Source: an uncultured Candidatus Saccharibacteria bacterium
GTDB taxonomy: Bacteria; Patescibacteriota; Saccharimonadia; Saccharimonadales; JAGQNJ01
Length of the DNA: 64,000 nt
Assembly (NCBI GenBank): GCA_964602865.1
Contig: CAZRSX010000003.1
Span: 65,288 to 129,287, forward strand
Reading direction: 5' to 3'
Positions 63,288-64,000 of the stretch are shown one piece after another. Each line of letters opens with the position of its first letter. Position 1 is the stretch's first letter. Under the pieces are notes generated by a model, which worked only from the letters and a program-made list of their open reading frames with translations, did no database searches and was not told where the DNA came from. The translations under genes were made by a program, and so were the position numbers.

Positions 63288-63788
63288 CTAGATGTCAAGG
63301 TCGTCGAGGTCCGCCAACTCTCGCCGAGTTTTATCGAACGAGCTGACCGCATCTGGCTCCCCAGCAGTAGATTCTTCTGAATCACTACGGGGCTGCGCTT
63401 CCTCCTTCGCCGAGGCTTCGGCGGACGAGTCGCTTGCTTCCAGCTCTGAGCTTTCTTCAGTAGACTGCTTATCTGGCTTTTTGTCAGATTCTTCTCGCTT
63501 TTCTTCGCGTTCCGGTCGCTCTGAACGTTCGCGGCCTTCGCCAACATCAACAATCTTCAGGTTATAACGTGCATCATTTTTGGTACCAAGAGCTCGTAGC
63601 AGCGTGCGAAGCGCTTGGGCGCCAGAGCCTCGCTTACCAATAACACGACCCAGATCTTCGGGGTCAACAGTTAGTTCAAGCAAGACACCTTTTTCGTCAA
63701 TGGTTCGTTTGATGGAAACGGCATCGGGATTACCGACAATGGTCTTGACAACATATTCAATAAATTGCTGGTCGATAGTAGCGCTCAT
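63288..63788 (-). CDS. KH-domain RNA-binding protein (YlqC/KhpA-like) with long acidic C-terminal extension
   Basis: FIEYVVKTIVGNPDAVSIKRTIDEKGVLLELTVDPEDLGRVIGKRGSGAQALRTLL carries the GxxG KH motif. The tail is rich in E/S/K. Confidence 0.8.
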   Translation of the reverse strand: MSATIDQQFIEYVVKTIVGNPDAVSIKRTIDEKGVLLELTVDPEDLGRVIGKRGSGAQALRTLLRALGTKNDARYNLKIVDVGEGRERSERPEREEKREESDKKPDKQSTEESSELEASDSSAEASAKEEAQPRSDSEESTAGEPDAVSSFDKTRRELADLDDLDI

Positions 63789-63842
63789 GAAATCCTCCTT
63801 GCAGGAATTACCGTGTTGTTAATAAGAACAGTATAGCAGAGA

Positions 63843-64000
63843 TTATTCTGCTTGTGGTTCGGCGGCAGGTTCTGGTGCAGCTTCGGTAGCTTCTTCAGTC
63901 GTAGTGGTTTCGGCTGGAGTTTCCTCGGCTTCGGTTGCAGGTTCTTCCGCTTTTGGCTCCGCAGCACCAGATGCTTCGTCGGTGCTAGACTTCGCTTCAG
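63843..64000 (-). CDS. 3' end of a gene encoding an Ala/Pro/Glu-rich tail; possibly ribosomal protein S16 with a C-terminal extension (by synteny only)
   Basis: Own translation of the frame ending at TAA (63843-63845): ...EEATEAAPEPAAEPQAE*. Its position directly upstream of the KH gene matches the usual rpsP-KH order. No S16 core is visible in the window. Confidence 0.3.
   Translation of the reverse strand, partial: EAKSSTDEASGAAEPKAEEPATEAEETPAETTTTEEATEAAPEPAAEPQAE

Noticed and set aside
1-64000. CRISPR arrays or cas genes
   Set aside because: Reading through the window, I saw no run of regularly spaced short direct repeats and no Cas-like proteins in the ORF track.

Overview
The window looks like a small-genome, Gram-positive-like or CPR (possibly Saccharibacteria-like) chromosome; this taxonomic guess is unverified. 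Most of it is ordinary housekeeping and envelope genes: pheS, yajQ, rmuC, NDH-2, a Zur/ZIP pair, an ABC exporter, trmD, a KH-domain protein, a P-type ATPase, SodC, an AI-2E transporter and an SLH-domain protein. The main feature is a ~20.8-kb, visibly more AT-rich island at ~22.3-43.3 kb. It is bracketed by a 103-bp direct repeat (101/103 identical) made of tRNA-Gln-like sequence that carries an unusual ~85-nt structured insertion. An intact tRNA-Gln(CUG) sits just inside the left end. The island encodes a large serine recombinase, a KAP-family transmembrane P-loop NTPase, a phage-type ParB-DNA methylase, and a tightly packed operon of ten same-strand genes (30054-42821). That operon contains an MmeI-family methylase, an SF2 helicase, a T5orf172/GIY-YIG nuclease, a standalone FtsK-gamma-like wHTH, a UvrD-like helicase, a DUF2779 PD-(D/E)XK/exonuclease, a NucS-like nuclease, a zinc-ribbon protein and two unknowns. 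By eye its gene content does not match BREX, DISARM, Gabija, Hachiman or Druantia, so it is my best candidate for an undescribed multi-component anti-MGE system. All family calls rest on motifs read by eye from the translations; no database search was possible.
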